Below, piece after piece: positions 21,830 through 33,210 of a stretch of 64,000 bases of DNA; the first letter of the stretch is position 1; every line of letters begins with the position of its first letter. Source of the stretch: an uncultured Planctomycetaceae bacterium (lineage in GTDB: Bacteria > Planctomycetota > Planctomycetia > Planctomycetales > Planctomycetaceae). Made by a program: the position numbers and the translations under genes. Below the pieces are notes generated by a model, which saw only the letters and a list, made by a program, of their open reading frames with translations, made no database searches and was not told the DNA's origin. The stretch lies in the NCBI GenBank assembly GCA_963813715.1, contig CAWFAK010000005.1, positions 384,001-448,000 on the forward strand. The letters are read 5' to 3'.

Positions 21830-22916
21830 AGCGCATTGCGCTCGGCGGCGCGCTGCTCGTGGCCGTCTATCTGGCGACTGGCTTTTATGTCGTGCGCGGG
21901 AACGAAAAGGCGGCCGTCCGTCATTTCGGCCGTTTCATCCGGACGCCGGAGAATCGCGTCGCCCTGGAAGGGAGCGGTCTGCACTACACACTGCCGTGGC
22001 CCTGTTCGGACATCGAGCGGATCAACCTCAACGAAGTGCGGACGCTGTCGATCGGCATGGGCGAAGTCGCCGAGCCGGGGGCCGGCGGTTTTCTGCGTTC
22101 GCTCGAGGCGGAGAACCGCTCGCAGTTTCTGACGGGCGACAAAAACATCCTGCATCTGCAGATCAACGCTCAGTATCGCGTGGCCGACCCGACGGTCGAA
22201 GACTTTCTGTCCCGCTCGGCGGCGCCGGAACGCCACCTCGAGCGAATCGTGGAGGCGGTGGCGGCCGGGCTGATCGCGCAGAGCGGAGTCGATTTCGTGC
22301 ACCCGCTCGGCCAGGTCGAGCTGAACGCGTTGTTGACGGCCGGCGTGCGTCGCCTTGCCGAAGAGCAGCGACTGGGTGTGGAAATCGACGACGTGGCGAT
22401 CAATGCCGTCTATCCGCCGATCCTGGTGAAATCGTACTTTCTCGACGTGACGAGCGCTCGGGCCGATAAGATCAATTCCATCAACGAGGGATTGGCCTAC
22501 GCCGAGGCCCGCCATTCCGCCGCGCAGGCCGAAGCCCGCAGCACGCTCGACGAAGCGGCCAGCTACCGTCAGCAGACGGTCGAATCGGCGCGGGCCGAAG
22601 CGGAGAGTTTTTCGCGACTGATCGAACAGTTGCGACACGAGGAACAGTCGGGAGCGGGCGGACGCACTTACGTGCAAGCCCGGCAGATGGCCCTCACCCG
22701 CCGTTATTACGACACGATGCGCGACGTGTTGAAAACGGTCGCGACGAAAGTCCTGCTCAATTCGGGCGAACCGGCCGACCTGACGATCTTCACTCCCACA
22801 GGTCGGCCTCCCGCCGCAGCTCCTTCCGCTGGGCAAGCGCCGACACCCCGGCGCCCGCCGCGACCCGGCGCCCTGCCGCCGGCGGATCGGAAACGCCCCC
22901 GGCCTGGTTGCGCTAG
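21826..22916 (+). CDS. hflK: HflK-like SPFH protein (3' end uncertain)
   Basis: GGGAGG RBS + ATG; YLATGFYVV..EKAAVRHFG, GLHYTLPWP, LTGDKNI, YPP..V..YF.DV..ARAD...INEG.AY, RRYYDTM. Confidence 0.85.
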
Positions 22917-22997
22917 CGGGTCAAAACTTGACTCATTCCGCGCGAATCGGGCGACATTTTGTGTCGCACCCGCTCAAAATTGCCGATTTTTGAGATT

Positions 22998-24350
22998 ATG
23001 CGGGCTTATCGGCTGTGCGCGGCGATATCGCGGGCCTGGAGCCGCTCGTCAGCGCAACTGCGTTCGCGTGTTACGACACTGGCCCTCTTGGCCAGCCTGT
23101 GCGTACCGCCCGCGGTGCTGGCCGACTCGGGCTCGACCGCGGCCACAACCGCAACTCCAACTGCCGCCGTCGCGCCCGACTCACGCCCGCGGTCGTCCTT
23201 CGCGTACTACGGCATTCTCGGCGAGGTGGCCCGTCCGGGCGTCTATCAGCTCTCGACCGGCTGCACGTTGGGTCAGCTAGTCATTGGTGCCGGCGGCCTC
23301 ACAGGCAACGCGAATGGCAACGCGCGGGTCCTGCGTGGGCGCGGCAGGCTGAACAATTCTTTGTGGCCGCCTCTGAGTCCGCGGTCTTGTCCCCCGGCGA
23401 CTTGATCGTTGTGGGCGTACAGGCATCGCGGTTGGCCGAGCCCAACGGTGCCCGCGCCGGCCGTGGACCATCGCAAGTGCAAATTGGCCTGTTGAACCTG
23501 ATCAGCCGTCCGGTCGTGCTCACGTTGCCTCGCGAGCTCGCGGCGCCCGCGCGGATCGTCGAGTTCCTCGGTCAACCGCCCGCATTGGCGGACGACCTCG
23601 GGATCGTCGGCCCGTCGCGAGCGGAGGTCCGCGCCTCCTTCAGCGCGAACTTTGCGGATGACCGGCTGGCGTCGGGCGCGGTCCTGATTTTTCCTTCGCA
23701 CCGCGTCCGTGTGGCATCGCTGCCCACGCTGCCCGATCCGATTCCACTCCCCGCCCAGCCGCAGTTCCTGGCAGCACCGTCGACTCCGGCGGCGCCAGCG
23801 ACGGAAACGGCTCGCGGCGCGGATGCGCCGTGGACGTCGGTCGCAGCCGCGCCTTATCAGGCGGGCCGCGTTGCCGGCTTTTACCGCGCGCGGTGCCGTG
23901 TGCCGAATCGCTCCGGCGCCGCCGGCCAACGTGGACGCCCCGTCCCCTCAGCAGCTCGAGCGGATGATCTTCGGCTCACTCCCGCGGAACGTCTCGCGAC
24001 AAGAGTGGGACCGCGAAGAGCAACTCAGCGCCGAACGTGCTCGATCGCGTCCCTACATCTTTTTCTTTGTGATCGCCGGAACGGCCACCTTGGCGATCGC
24101 GTTCACGATCGGCTCGATGGGCCTGCGGGGGTTGCGCAGCATTCGCTCGCGTCGGCGGGCGACTGTGGCCGGGCTGGTGCCGCCCGTGCCGACGTTTGCC
24201 GAGCTCACGCCGGGGAATCGCATCCTCCGCGTCGATGTCAACCAACCGCAAACGCGACTGGCGCTCGACCTGGCGGTTTTCGAGCAGGCGCAGGCCCGCC
24301 GTGCGCAGAGAGCGATGAGCCTCCCGGACCACACGCCGAAGGCCGCCTGA
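22998..24350 (+). CDS. Secreted/membrane-anchored protein with N-terminal SLBB-like domain (two apparent frameshifts)
   Basis: Signal peptide, YYGILGEVARPGVYQL...AGGLT (SLBB); later frames give LSPGDLIVV, a Pro-rich linker and a TM. Confidence 0.6.
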
Positions 24351-24436
24351 TCGGTCACGCCGTCTCCTCGGAGCGACGCCCGCGTTTTGCGCCGCCGTCG
24401 AGCGACGTGCGATCCGCGCTGTGCTACCCTACGCCC

Positions 24437-24985
24437 GTGGGCGCAACTGTCGTTTACTACGTGTGCGTGACGATTTTGCTGTTGGCGATGGCCGGCGCGT
24501 GGCTGGCCAATTTGTTCGCGTTGCCCGGCAATTGGCTGATCGTCGCGCTGGCCGCGATTTTCGCCTTCGCGTTTCCGGTGTCGGCCGGACGGGGCATTCA
24601 TTGGGCGACGGTCGGCGTCGGCGTGGGTCTGGCGGTTGTCGGCGAGCTCGTCGAGTTGGCTGCCGGCGCTGCCGGGGCGCGACAAACGGGAGCGAGCCGC
24701 CGGGCCATGGTGCTGGCCTTGCTCGGCACGGTGGTGGGCAGCGTGCTGGGCGCGTTCGCGGCGATCCCCATTCCCATCGTCGGACCGATCATCGGTGCCG
24801 TGGGCGGCGGAGCGCTCGGAGCGTTTGCCGGCGCCTACATCGGTGAGACGGCGATCGGCCGCTCGACGGAGCAGAGTCTGGCGGCCGGCAAAGGAGCGAT
24901 GATCGGTCGCCTGCTGGGAACGGCTTCCAAGCTGGTGATCGGCGTGGTGCTGTTCGTCGTCGTCGCGGTCGATGCGCTGATCTAA
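24437..24985 (+). CDS. DUF456 family membrane protein, probably leaderless
   Basis: LPGNWLI, GASRRAM, PIPIVGPIIGA..GAFAGAYIGE, GRLLG; TACCCT 6 nt before the GTG. Confidence 0.85.
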   Translation: MGATVVYYVCVTILLLAMAGAWLANLFALPGNWLIVALAAIFAFAFPVSAGRGIHWATVGVGVGLAVVGELVELAAGAAGARQTGASRRAMVLALLGTVVGSVLGAFAAIPIPIVGPIIGAVGGGALGAFAGAYIGETAIGRSTEQSLAAGKGAMIGRLLGTASKLVIGVVLFVVVAVDALI

Positions 24986-25015
24986 CAGCGGGGTTGTGCG
25001 AGGACCGGTCGAGCG

Positions 25016-26843
25016 ATGCACGAACACTTCGATCTGATCCTCACGCTGAGCGGCGCGTTCACCGCCGCGCTCATCCTGGGCTACGCCACGCATCGCCTCG
25101 GCCTGTCGCCGATTGTGGGCTATCTGCTCGCCGGCATCGCCGTAGGCCCGAACACGCCCGGCTTCGTCGCAGACACGAAATTGGCGAACGAACTGTCCGA
25201 AGTCGGCGTGATCCTGCTGATGTTCGGCGTCGGCCTCCACTTTCACTTAAAGGACCTGCTCGCCGTGCGACGGATTGCCGTGCCGGGGGCGCTGGGCCAA
25301 ATCGGCGTGACGAGTCTCGTCGCGGGCGCGGTGGAGATGGCGTTCGGCGGAACAGCGTGGGCGGGGATTGTGTTCGGGTTGGCGCTGTCCGTGGCGAGCA
25401 CGGTGGTCCTCTTGCGCGTATTGGCCGACGCGCACGACTTACACACGCCGGTCGGGCACATCGCCGTCGGCTGGCTGGTAGTCGAGGACCTGGTGACCGT
25501 GCTGGTGCTCGTCATGTTGCCCGTCTTGTTTCGGGCGGAGTCGCAGGGAGTGGGACGCATCGCGCTGTCGCTCGGCGCTTCGGTGCTCAAAATCGGACTG
25601 CTGGTCGCGGTGATGCTGTATGGCGGTCGTCGGCTGGTCCCCTGGCTGCTCGCGCAGATGGCGGCCACTCGCTCGCGCGAGTTGTTCACGCTGACCGTCC
25701 TCGTGCTGGCGCTCGGGATCGCGGTGGCGTCCGCCAAACTGTTCGGGGCTTCGATGGCGCTCGGCGCGTTTCTCGCCGGCATGGTCGTCGGGCAGTCCGA
25801 CTTCAGCCTGCGGGCGGCGGCGGAAGCGTTGCCGCTGCGCGATGCGTTCGCCGTGCTGTTCTTCGTCTCGATCGGAATGCTCTTTCAGCCCGGCTATTTC
25901 CTGGTGGCGCCGGGGTTCGTATTGGCGACTCTGGGATTGGTGTCTGGTGCTCAAGCCACTCGTGGCGCTGGTGATCGTGCTGGCGCTGGGCTATCCGTTG
26001 CGGTGCGGGCTGGCGGTCGGCGTCGCGCTCGGGCAGATCGGCGAGTTTTCGTTCATCCTGGCCGAGGTCGGGCGCGAGCTGGGCATTCTGGACGACCACG
26101 CGACCAACACGTTCGTCGTCGCGGCCATCGTTTCGATCAGCGTCAATCCGATCCTCTATCGCCTGGTCGACAAAATCGAGGATCGGGCCAAGCGACGGCC
26201 GGGCCTTTCGAGATGGCTGATCGATCGGCGGAGCGTTGGCGCGAGCCAGCCCGCGACCGGTGCGGCGGTCGCTTCGGACGATTCGTCCCCGAGCGCCACG
26301 GTCTATCACGCCGTCGTCGTCGGCTACGGGCCCGTCGGCCGGACGGTGGTGCCGCTGCTTCGCGAGAACTCGGTCGAGCCGACGATCATCGAACTGAACC
26401 TGGAGACGGTCCGGCAGCTCCGCGCCGCGGGGATCGCGGCCGTCTACGGAGACGCCACGCGGCCCGAGTCGTTGAAAGAGGCTGGTATCGAACGCGCCAT
26501 CGTGCTCGTGCTCAGTGCCACCAACCTGCACGGAGGCCCGGAGATCATCCGCCTGGCCCGCGAACTGAACCCCGCCGTCCGGGTCTTCGCCCGCACGAAT
26601 TATCTGCGGGAGATGCCCGGCCTCAAAAAGGCAGGAGCGGATGTGACCTTTGCCGACGAGGGAGAAGTCGCCCTCTCGATGATCGAACTCCTGCTGCGGC
26701 AACTGGGCGCGACGGCCGAGCAAATCGATCGCGAACGCGACCGCATCCGCAACGAGCTGTTCGGCGGCCCGCTCTCTGCCGAACCGCTGCTGCCGGCCAA
26801 ACCGCCTGACGAATCGGCGAGTGCGGACACGCCGCAAGCGTGA
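25016..26843 (+). CDS. ybaL: CPA2 cation:proton antiporter with TrkA-N domain (YbaL-like), frameshift near 25945
   Basis: PIVGYLLAGI, GPNTPGFVAD, GVILLMFGVGLHF, ASTVV, VEDL, PLRDAFAVLFFVSIGM, QIGEFSF, VGYGPVG, YGDA. Confidence 0.9.
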
Positions 26844-27339
26844 TCGCGCTTAAAATTGGCACAACAAAACGAGTATGCCTCTATATCAGTTTTAAGTGTA
26901 CCGACCCAATTCAGGGTGCCTGACCCTCACGCCGCCTCTCATCATTCATTGACTGTCGGCGGCGGTCGCTTTGTAGAACAGGCGCTCTGTTGAGATCAGA
27001 CACGTGGCGTGCCTTCCGATTCCCGTCCTAGCCGACGCATATTCCGACCGTTCACAAATTCGCGGGCGCGCACTCCTATCGTCGCGAAACAACCGCCGGT
27101 CGGGAAACCGGCAGCGGAGGCCTCCAAGATCCACTCTGCCATACCACACCCAAATCACCAAGATCAGTTTTTTGAGCGACCGCCGGTCCGAGGGCTTGTC
27201 CCTTTATGGGCTCGGAGCACTTTGCTCAGTGCGCCGCGCTGACGTCGCTCGGCACCCGCGAATCAGCAAACGGGGACGCGCCGCCGCGTGATGCCCGCCG
27301 TACGCGGGACCGTGCGGGGACATTACCGCGGGCGTCCAT

Positions 27340-30300
27340 CTAGAACGGATGATCCAATCCGAACCAGAATTGCACCGCCGTATCGTCGTTGACAGTTTTC
27401 GCCACGTCGAAGCGGACGATGGTCCGCTCGATCAGGCTGAACCAGGCGACGTCGACGCGTAGGCCGACGCCGACGGCATGCGCGATCGGGCCGCTCTCTT
27501 TGCCGTTGAGATACGTGTTGCCCACGTCATAGAACGGGGCGCCGTAAATGTTGCGGACGCCGACCGCGTGATCGAGCAGGTCGAGATTCACCCGCTGCAC
27601 GAGCGGAATCCGCCATTCGGCACTGCCGACCCAGGCCATGCTTCCCTGGCGCTGGCTCAAGTCGTAGCCGCGGAAGAGTTCGCCGCCGCCGAGAGTGAAG
27701 ACGCGGGCGTCGTCGGGCTGCGCCGCCGCGCCATAAATTCGGACCGCCACGCGCGAGTCGCCCAGCCAGCGAAGAAACGTCGACTCCTCGCTGAGGTCGA
27801 ACAGGCCGCGCAGCGTTTTGACGGTGGAAGCTTGCGTGAAAACCTCTTGGAACGAATGGTGTTCGCCCAAGACGGGCAGACCGTCGGCTCCGGTCACGTC
27901 AAAGGACAGTCCGGCTTCCGGGTTCCAGTAGGGCGTCAACAGGTTGCTGTGGTAATGCAAACCGGCGAGCGTCTGATCGTGAAACGGATCCGCTCCGGGA
28001 GTCGGCACGCTCGGTTGCGGCAGCGAATTGCTCTGCATGGCCTCGAAGGCCTCGACGTACTGGAACGGCGGCAGGTAAAAGCTGCTTCCCGGTAAGAACA
28101 CATAGCGTTCGAAGAGGACGGCGCGGCTTGCCCGGTCGCGCCCGTTCGTGTCCGAACCCGAAGTCGGACCGTCTTCCCACGTCGTCAGGGCTCGTTCGAT
28201 GTTGAGGCCGATCTGCATTTCCGGGATCGGCCAGTGATACCACCACGCGTCGACGCCGGCGACGACGTTGCGATCGTCGCTGCGATAGGCCACGTAGGCT
28301 CCGCCGCTGAACTCCTGAGTGCGATAGGCGCCCACGCGGAAACCGGCCATGGGCGAGCGCGTGTACCAGGGATCGATGTAGGTCGAGTCGTAGACCCAAG
28401 GCCCCGCGATGATATTCCAACGATCGTAGGCGTTGGTGAGGTCGACCTCGTCGAGCTGGGTGTAAAGGGGCGTCAGCCGCAAACGGGCGTGGGGCTTCCA
28501 GTGGTTGTTGGTCGGATCGCGGTCGAGCAGGACCTGATCGGGATCGACGGTGATCTGCGTCGGCTCGCAGGGCAGCTCGACCTCCACGCGCACGCAATTG
28601 TCGGGCAGAACCTCGATGTGCGTCGGCGGATTCTCCAATTGCATCTCCGGGACTTGTGGGAAGACGGGGATTCGCACCTGGTAGTTCCCGCTTCCGTCCA
28701 GGCTGAACCCGAGCACGGTCTGCTCGCAGTAGTCTCCTTTCTGCCGCAGCGTGACGCGTCACGCGGCACCGCTCCGGATGCGGCCCGGGGCATGGCTGTC
28801 CCTTGAGTGCGGCGAGCAGGCCCGGATCGTAGTCCAGCGGTTGCCAGCCCGGCCGCTCCCAATTGCGGTGGGCGTCGGACCATTTTTCGATCCGCACGCG
28901 CTCGACTCCCCAATCGGTCATCCCCTTGCCGTAGAGCCAATCGTCGAAGAATTGTTCCCACGAGCGTCCCGTATAAGCCTCCAGCTCGTGCTGGAAATCG
29001 CGGACGCGCAAGATGCGGTACTGATACTTGGCGTAGACCAGGCTCATGAAGTTGAAGAAGCCTTCTTCGCCCAAGCGGGCCTCGATCATGCCGACGATCT
29101 TGCCGCCGCGGTCGTAGGTCATCGCCATCAGCCGCACGAGATTCTTGAAGCGGGGCATCTCCTGCACCGTCGCCGACGATTCGCCGCGGGCGAGCGAGCC
29201 CATCAACGTCGCGTAGCGGTAGTCGTCGCGATGAATGTTGGGGAGCCATTCCAGCGCGGTCGGCAGCGAAATCAGCGTGTTGTTGCGGCCGTACTTCACG
29301 TCCATCAGCCGGTGCGCGAAGTAGACCGCCAGGCCTTCGTCCATCCAGGTCTCGGCATAGCCGTTGACGCCGACGACGTTGAACCACCATTGGTGGCAGA
29401 CCTCGTGCGAGACCAGCTCGTCGACGAAGTTGCTGGCGCGATGCGGCAGCCCGAAGATCCGCGAGTCGATCATCACCAGGCCGCCGCACTGGTTGCCGTT
29501 CCAGCCGAAGTACGACTCGCAGATGGTGAAGTCCGCGTACGGGTAAGGCCCAAACCACCGCTGGTACGCCTCGAAGGCCTCGGCCGAGATCCGGATCATC
29601 TGCTGCGCGTAGAACTCGTGCCCGGGCAGCGCGAAGCAATGCAGGCGGACCGGCCCAACCTGGCCCACGCATTCCTGGTAGCAGGCGCTGCAGGTCAGGC
29701 TGAAGTCCCGCACGCCCGGAGCGCTGACTTCGACCAACTTGCGGCCGTTTCCCAACTCGCGCTCGCCGACGATCGAGCCCGAGCACGCCAGCTTTTGGTC
29801 GAGTGGCAGATCGATGTGGGCCGTGTAGACGCCGGCTTCGTTGAAGAAGGGTTGGTGCCAGGGGATGAAGGGCGTCGGCTGCCAGCCTTGCTCGTCGTAG
29901 AAGGCCAGCACGGGCAGCCACTGCGCCAGAAAGGTGACGCTTTCCCATTGTCCCCAACGTCCCTGGCGTTGAGGCAGTCGCAACGAGAACGTGACCTCGA
30001 CGGTGACGTGCTCGCCCTGGTTGATCTCACGCGGCAAGGTGATTTCGAGGGCCGTGTCGTTGTCCGCGCGATAGCGAAACGGCAGTTCAATCGGTGCGGC
30101 CGAGGCGTTGTGTGTGTCCTCACTCACCAGACAGACGTGCTCGATCGTTAGCGGCGGGCCGTGCAAGTCGATGGCGTCGCTCGGAGCGAGCCGCAAGATC
30201 TCCAAAGTCTTAGCGAGCAAGCCGAGATCGGCCGACGGGACGGAGTAGTGCGCGTGCGCGTTGAACACCAATTCGCCGGCCGGGCGGGCGTGGCGGTTGT

Positions 30301-30515
30301 GCCAAGTCACGCGCTCGGTCACGAGGACGCGATGCTCGGGCACTTCGATCCGCATGCCCAAGTCGTAACGTGGCAGCCACGAAGGGATTTCACCATGAGC
30401 CGCCGGCGGCGCGACGAACCACGTGAGCACGATCGTTAGCGCGGCAGATCGAGCGCCGCCAGAAGTGGACTGGGTTTGCGCGGATCCGGTCGGTGGACGG
30501 GGAGACTGTCTCCAA
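27340..30515 (-). CDS. M1 (gluzincin) metallopeptidase fused to a C-terminal Omp85/BamA-like barrel; frameshift near 28757, start uncertain (30430-30515)
   Basis: HEVCHQWW...WMDEGLA, YDRGG; C-terminus LGGGELFRGYD, GSAEWRIPL, FYDVG, GVGLR, RFDVAK, terminal F. Confidence 0.8.
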
Positions 30516-30930
30516 TCCCGACGACCTTAAGTGGAGGATGGAAGGAACCCTGCGGAGAGGCGCCCTGTCGGCGTGCCCGCAGGTCGCGGCATCAAGTGGT
30601 TCGGACGGGGAACGAGAAGATTGCTTCGTTTTGGGAGGACGATGAGCGAAAGGCTTGAAGTGAGAGAGGGAGCAAAAAATGATGAGCTGGGAGAAGGGTG
30701 GGAATCATCGACGAAATCGGCACCGCTGTCAATCGCCGATTGGCGCCGTAAGTGATTGTGTAAATAGTATTTAAGGTTGCGCGAAACCTGAACGACAATT
30801 CAGAAAATGGCCCTTTGTCGTTAGCCTCACGAGGGTTCGGGTAACTCCGGCGAAATCGACGTGTTCCTCCTACGGGGCGAACGCTCACCGACGGCGCGTT
30901 GACGGGACCTCCACCCGGCCATTCAAACGA

Positions 30931-31004
30931 AAAAAACACAAGGAAAGCTTCGCGTTGCAACCGCTTCCGCGGTCGCGGGTCCGCTGCTTCGCCTTGTGTT
31001 TTTT
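30931..31004. terminator. Long A/T-flanked inverted repeat (bidirectional terminator-like)
   Basis: AAAAAACACAAGG (30931-30943) / CCTTGTGTTTTTT (30992-31004). Confidence 0.45.
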
Positions 31005-31140
31005 GTTGCAGCCCGCGTCGGAGACGGTGCCCTCCGAACTCACGTCAGATGGTTTTGCCCATCCGACGTTCCGCCCGGCCGGCAAGCGATGCGACCCACA
31101 TGGTCGTCAATCAGCCAAGCACAGGCTGCAAATTTCCAAT

Positions 31141-31663
31141 TCAAGAGGCGTGTTTGACTTCGACCGGCATCTCCAGCGAGACCGACTTTCCTGTCTCCGG
31201 AACGGCCATCACTTGCACCTGATTCTTGCCGGCAGGAGCCTCTTTGGTCGCTTCCAGGCTGACGGTCACTTTGTTCTTGTCCCGCCGGGATGGTGGCCAT
31301 GGTGGGCGTGACCATCACACCGGACGGAGCTTTGAATTCCAGTTTGACGCTCTGCTTAAACTCGCTCCCGCGACTGATCGAGATGTCGACGTCGCGTTTC
31401 TTGCCGGTGTCGAGCGTGGTTTCCATCTTCGGGGCGTGCAGCGTAAAGGTGTTCGCCTTATCGACGACGTTCGGCGCGGTTTGTTCCTTCATCGTTTCCC
31501 GAGAGTAGCCGTCCGACTTCACGGTTGAGGTGCTCGAGGTCGTGGTTTTCGGATTGCTCGACACTCCGGGGCCGCCCGGGTTGCTCTCTTGAGTGCAGCC
31601 GGCCAAAGCAGCAAACATCGCGAGCGCGCCGGCGAGGGGCAGGGTCGGGGGAATCATTCGCAT
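31141..31663 (-). CDS. Lipoprotein with an Ig-like domain, frameshift near 31280
   Basis: GGAGAG RBS; lipobox LAGC; GGPG; ends ETGKSVSLEMPVEVKHAS* in the shifted frame. Confidence 0.75.
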
Positions 31664-32029
31664 AGCATCTCTCCAAACGGGTCCACTGGTCGGCCGCTGA
31701 CCGGCCTTGCAGTCTGATTCTCGAACCAAGCTCACAGAAACAGAGACCGAGAGAATGCAACTGGTATGCCAACGATCATTACCGGCAGTGACAGGCTTGC
31801 CTTAATGTGCCGAGAATTAGCGAATTGAAAGTCTGCCCTCTGCCCCGCGGATCCTCATCTTCGAGACGCCTGCTCGGCCACCCAACAGCCTGATCGCGGC
31901 GAAGCCTTGTATTTGCGGCGATTTCGCAGCAAGATCGAATGCACCTTCCTTGATTCGTCGCGCGAAGGCCCGCCGCGAGCCCCCACTCTGCCGACTCACC
32001 GAATACTCCTCTAATGTGACAACACGAGG

Positions 32030-33053
32030 ATGTCTCACATGAACCTTCGACTAGGGTCGATGTCCGTCGCCTGCTGCGTGTTACTGAGCGGCCCGGTTTG
32101 CGCCGTGGCTGGTGTGTCGGGACCGCTTGCCAGCAAGCTCGACGGTACGCCTCCGGCAATTCCCATCGGCGGCGAGTCGGCAAATGAGATCAAATCCAAG
32201 ATGCGTTCTGGCGAAATCAAACAGATCACCCGCATCCCGCCGTTGCCGGACAAAGTCGAGGCCCAGCTCAACGTCAAATACGGCGAAGCGGGCAAGCCGC
32301 TGCTCTTGGATCTCTACAAGCCCAAGGAGATGCAAAAGCCGGCCCCCGGCTTGATCTTCGTCCACGGCGGATCCTGGAGCCGCGGGAGTCGGAAGATCTA
32401 CGGCTACTACTGCCAGCACTTTGCCGAAAAGGGATACGTCGCCGCGACGATCGAATACCGTCTGAGCGGCGAGGCTCCCGTTCCCGGCCGCCATTCAGGA
32501 CGTGAATTGCGCGATCCGCTGGATGCGGGCAAACGCCGAGCGGCTGCACGTCGATCCGAACAAGATCGGCATTGTCGGCGGGTCAGCCGGCGGGCACCTG
32601 GTTCTGCTGGCCGCCTATTCCCACACCGACGATCCGGAGCTCGAGGGCACGGGCGGGAACCCGGGCATCTCCAGCCGCGTGCAGGCGGTCATCGACTTTT
32701 ATGGACCCATCGAGTTGAAGGCGAGCAAGTCCAACCCGAAGAGCGCCGTGTTGAAGTTCATGGGAGGCAAGTCGATCGACGAAGCCCCTGAGCAATACGC
32801 CAAGGCGTCGCCCATCAACCACCTCACGAAAGGCGCGCCGCCCACCCTGATCATGCATGGCACCGTCGACGAGCTGGTGTCGATCGGGCAATCCGACCGC
32901 TTAGCTGCCAAGCTGACGGAGCTGGGAGTGCCCTATCTCTACGACCGACAAGAAGGCTGGCATCACGCGATGGACGCCGTCGCGGTGGTCAACGCGCGAT
33001 GCGTCTGGCTGATGGACCAGTTCCTCGCGCAAGTGCTGCCCGTCACTAAGTAG
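32030..33053 (+). CDS. Secreted alpha/beta hydrolase (HSL/BD-FAE-like esterase), frameshift near 32480
   Basis: LLLDLY, VHGGSW, IEYRL | QDVNCAIRW, GGSAGGHL, HGTVD, GWHH. Confidence 0.9.
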
Positions 33054-33096
33054 CGCAGGACCGAAAGTCGTCCATCACCGAAAACGCGCAGCTCAC

Positions 33097-33175
33097 CCGA
33101 GCCGGGGGCGTCAGCCCCCCGAGCACAGCCGCTAAACCTTGGGAAGACCTCGGGGGGCTCATGGCCCCCGCTCGG
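33097..33175. repeat. REP-like inverted doublet between convergent genes
   Basis: CCGAGCCGGGGGCGTCAGCCCCCCGAG ... CTCGGGGGGCTCATGGCCCCCGCTCGG; each copy is a hairpin and the two are mutually inverted. Confidence 0.7.
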
Positions 33176-33210
33176 AGTCTGTTCGCACTGCGAGTCGCGC
33201 CGACTGCGCA

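Noticed and set aside
20758..23280. Apparent 840-aa HflC-HflK fusion ORF
   Set aside because: Internal GGGAGG RBS and ATG at 21826 with an overlapping TGA, a new N-terminal TM, a low-complexity junction and frequent indels indicate two genes joined by an error
23015..24985. 656-aa ORF as a single protein
   Set aside because: A mosaic of one frame of the SLBB protein and the separate DUF456 gene, which has its own -10 box and GTG
26844..27339. 500-bp gap as a gene or ncRNA
   Set aside because: No convincing ORF, motif or stable structure found by eye
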